64,000 bases of DNA, from contig OZ024741.1 of NCBI GenBank assembly GCA_964016885.1, positions 168,516,001-168,580,000 on the forward strand, given 5' to 3'. Numbering within the stretch: the stretch's first letter is position 1; each line of letters begins with the position of its first letter. The position numbers and the translations under genes were made by a program. The DNA is from Eledone cirrhosa (lineage: Eukaryota). Under the pieces are notes generated by a model that saw nothing but the letters and a program-made list of their open reading frames with translations, had not been told where the DNA came from and did no database searches. Shown here one piece after another: positions 61,235 through 64,000 of this stretch.

Positions 61235-63129
61235 TTAGTGGGGTTTCTTTTGGAACCCCTTTAAAAGTCTTGAAGTGGGTTTTACGTTCGGGGTTTCCAC
61301 GTCCCGAGAAAAGCTGTCTCGTATTTCTTTGAATATGTCGAGCGACATTCGCACCAGAACCAAATCTTCCGGCACGCGAAATGTGCTCGATTTAAAAATT
61401 TCCCCCTCTTTTTGTATATTTTCACTTCGTGCTACGAGGGCCATCAGTCCTTTGTTGGCCCTCCTGACGAGCACGAAGTTTTGTATGTTTTGTTGGTGTG
61501 ATTTTATTTGTTTGCGTGGCTGTGGTGGTGATGGTTTTGGTGGTGTTGTTTCGGTTGTATCTGTGTTTGTTCTGAGTGCAGTGTCTGTGATTTCAGATGT
61601 TTGTGTGTATATTTGTTCTTGCGTCTGTTTCGGTTGTTTGCGTTTGGGGGATTCTGGTGATGGTGATGGTGGTGTTGATGTTGGTGTTATTGGAGAGATG
61701 TTTGCGTGGGTGGTGTCTGCGTTTTTTATTGTGGGTGCTTTTGTGCTTTGATGAGTTTTTTTTTCTTTTTGTGTTTCCTTTTTTGTATTTTGGGGGATTT
61801 TGGATTTCCCTCATTTTCACTACTGGTAGATGAGGGGTCTGTGTCTGTAAGTGTGTATGGTTTTATTGGTGTGTGTATTTTGGGGGGGAGGGGGAATTTG
61901 ACAGCTTTCCTCGTTTCCCCCCTGGGTGGTCAATGTTGGTGGTGGTCTTTCTATTGGTGGTTTTTCCGGTGCTGGTGTTGGTTGTGGTCCTCGCCCCGGC
62001 GTCGGCAGCAGTGGAGCCTTTCGACCCCTTGCCTCTTTCAGCAGTTGAGGGTAGAAGGCTCGCAAATGGGTTTTCTCCCCACAAACACTGCGGCCTTTTG
62101 CCTTCGGCCATAATATGAATGACCGTCCCATTCTGAAGGCGGATGTGGTCTGGGATTGTCTTCACATTCTCGGGCCTGATCTGGAGAAGGATCTCCAGGT
62201 CAACCTCGGACCAGTCCTCTCTGGCCCTTCTGGTTACTTCTATAGGGACTGTATCCGTCCCCTCCACAATCACACATCCCAGAAGCCACCACATGTCAAG
62301 TCCTGGTGGGATTCTGGGAATGCGGAGACGGGCCGTTTTTTTTCCCATGTGGGAGGGGTACATTATGACCTTGCTGGTTTTGCAAGGAGTCATAGCGTGT
62401 TTCATAGCGAGGGCTTCTGACTTGAACAACACCGAAATGGTGCCGTACTGTCTGCCCCTCTCTATGTACTGGGTGTCTTCTCTGATGCACCTCAGCGCGA
62501 CTTCGACATCTTCTTGTGTGATTAAAGCTGCCCTTTTGGTTTGTGCTGAGATGCATCTATAATGCACCGTTTTGCGCTCCACTGCCTCAATAGCTTCTAC
62601 CGGGACAGTTAAGTTAGCCCAAGTTTGCTCTTGCTTGATGAGCTTCCATGCTTGGGCCAACTTTTCATCTTTGTTTGAGAGGTCCATGTTGAAGCATGGC
62701 TCTTTTTTGCTGCTGCCGCAGCGAAAGTGTTCTTCTTGTTTTCGTTGGGGGTTTTGTTGTCGTTGTTCTTGTTGGTGTTGTTGTTAGCACTGTCGCTGTT
62801 ATCATTGTTGTCTTTGTTGCCACCGTTGTTCTCGGTGCAGTTGGTATTGTTGCTGTTGGTGTTGTCGCTATTTGTTTTCATGTTAGTGGTGTTGATATTG
62901 TTGTTGTATTTGTTATTTTTTTTTTGTTATCTGTATTTTCGTTGTCGCTGTTACTGTCATTTTTTTCAAAATTAGTGTTCTTATTGGTATCATTGGTGTC
63001 TTTGTTTACCTTGTTTGTGGTTGTGTTTGTGTTATCAATATGTGTTAATTTCGCTGTAGCGCTCCTCTCAACTTCTACGTCATTGACGCACGACAGCCGA
63101 CATATCGCTGGGGGGCGTGGCTCAGCCAT
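61235..63129 (-). pseudogene. Tx1 ORF1 (Asn/Thr-rich N-terminus, RRM-like region, broken CCHC knuckle, Pro/Thr-rich C-terminus), frameshifted
   Basis: ATG at 63129; ORF pieces 62878-63129, 62609-62881, 61863-62687, 61820-62131, 61235-61474; EGKRPQC..CGEKTHLRAF knuckle remnant. Confidence 0.8.
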
Positions 63130-63389
63130 GTTTTTTTTTTCTTCGTAAATTTTTTAACATGTAAAAAAAGTTCAAATATTTGGGCCAAAAGGCCCAAATA
63201 TTATACTTTCCCCTTCACGGGGCAAAGTCTAAGGGCTTATATCCCTTACACAACAAGAAATATTTAACAACGAATAATTTTAACAGGCAAATAAAGCGAC
63301 TTACTGTGAGCGAGCAAAATACGTCCGCTTAGACCAATAATAATAATAATAATAATAATTGTTTCTACTATTATAATAATAATAATAAT

Positions 63390-63885
63390 AAGGAACGAAC
63401 ATAACCCTGAGAGTATTATCGAAAATGATGATGCAAACCCAGTGATACAGTGTGAACATGGGATTTAACATACGAGACCAGATATTGAATTAATTGAGAA
63501 AGAAAGCAAACAATGCTGGATCATAGATATAGCCTGTCCAGCTGATAACAAGGTTTGCGATAAAGAAGGAAAAATTGATAGACATGACAGGTTAGCCTGG
63601 GAGATTAAGCAGTTGTGGTCACTGAAAAAGGTGATGGTAATACCAATAATAGTTGGAGTCTTGGCAACAGTGAGTAAAGATCTTGAGAAGTACATCAAAC
63701 AAATAGGGATTGCAATATGGATGAAACACAAACAACAACATTGCTTGGAACAGCTCGAATACTCAGGAGGGTACTCGAAAATTAAGGGGTGTTACCTCAG
63801 TTCACTGGTAATGAACAGCTGATACTGTAATACATCTCCAGTGTTAGAAGCTGAGTGAAGAAACAATGATAATAATAATAATAAT
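63390..63885 (+). mobile_element. Degenerate R4/Dong-like 3' fragment in (TAA)n
   Basis: RPDIELIEKE..CWIIDIACP, LAWEIKQLW..VIPIIVGVL; (TAA)n flanks. Confidence 0.85.
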
Positions 63886-64000
63886 TGTTTCTACTTTTGG
63901 CACAAGGCCAGCAATTATCTCAGTGTATTACTGGTTTTTTATTTGAATATTTGTATCTATGAGTATATGTATCTGTGTGTGCATACATTTATCTCATTGT

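Larger units (their letters stand above)
57708..63335 (-). mobile_element. Full-length L1/Tx1-clade LINE (disrupted), flanked by (TAA)n on both sides
   Basis: 5' UTR (ggtctaagcggacgtattttgctc), ORF1, ORF2 APE-RT-Zn knuckle, AATAAA and (ATT)n tail. Confidence 0.93.

Overview
AT-rich, microsatellite-dense eukaryotic DNA. The repeat complement (tRNA-derived CORE-type and Nin-type SINEs, abundant RTE LINEs, long (TA)n tracts) suggests a mollusc, probably an octopus-like cephalopod; this is inference. I found no host protein-coding exon that I can support, and most listed ORFs are microsatellite or antisense artefacts. The window is a mosaic of transposable elements: several RTE-clade LINE copies, R4/Dong-like LINE fragments in (TAA)n, a full-length but disrupted L1/Tx1 element (57.7-63.3 kb, minus), a CRE-like RT fragment, a Penelope-like GIY-YIG pseudogene with no visible RT, a 2.1-kb non-coding LTR element with a tRNA-Trp PBS, mariner and hAT fossils, hAT and TTAA (piggyBac-like) MITEs, and many SINEs. 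The most notable signals are RNA structures. (i) There are at least five unrelated families of type I hammerhead-ribozyme-like motifs, several in fold-back palindromes beside (TA)n, including a CAGAAGA core variant. (ii) The RTE/SINE 3' UTRs carry tandem H-type pseudoknots with covariation between families. (iii) A bipartite RTE derivative has a degenerate HDV-like fold at its 5' end. (iv) A hAT-like MITE carries two convergent tRNA-like Pol III cassettes. (v) The Nin-type SINE and the Tx1 LINE share a 3' tail. (vi) An RTE-like LINE has a twin-priming-type 5' inversion. All structures were folded by eye and coordinates were counted by hand.
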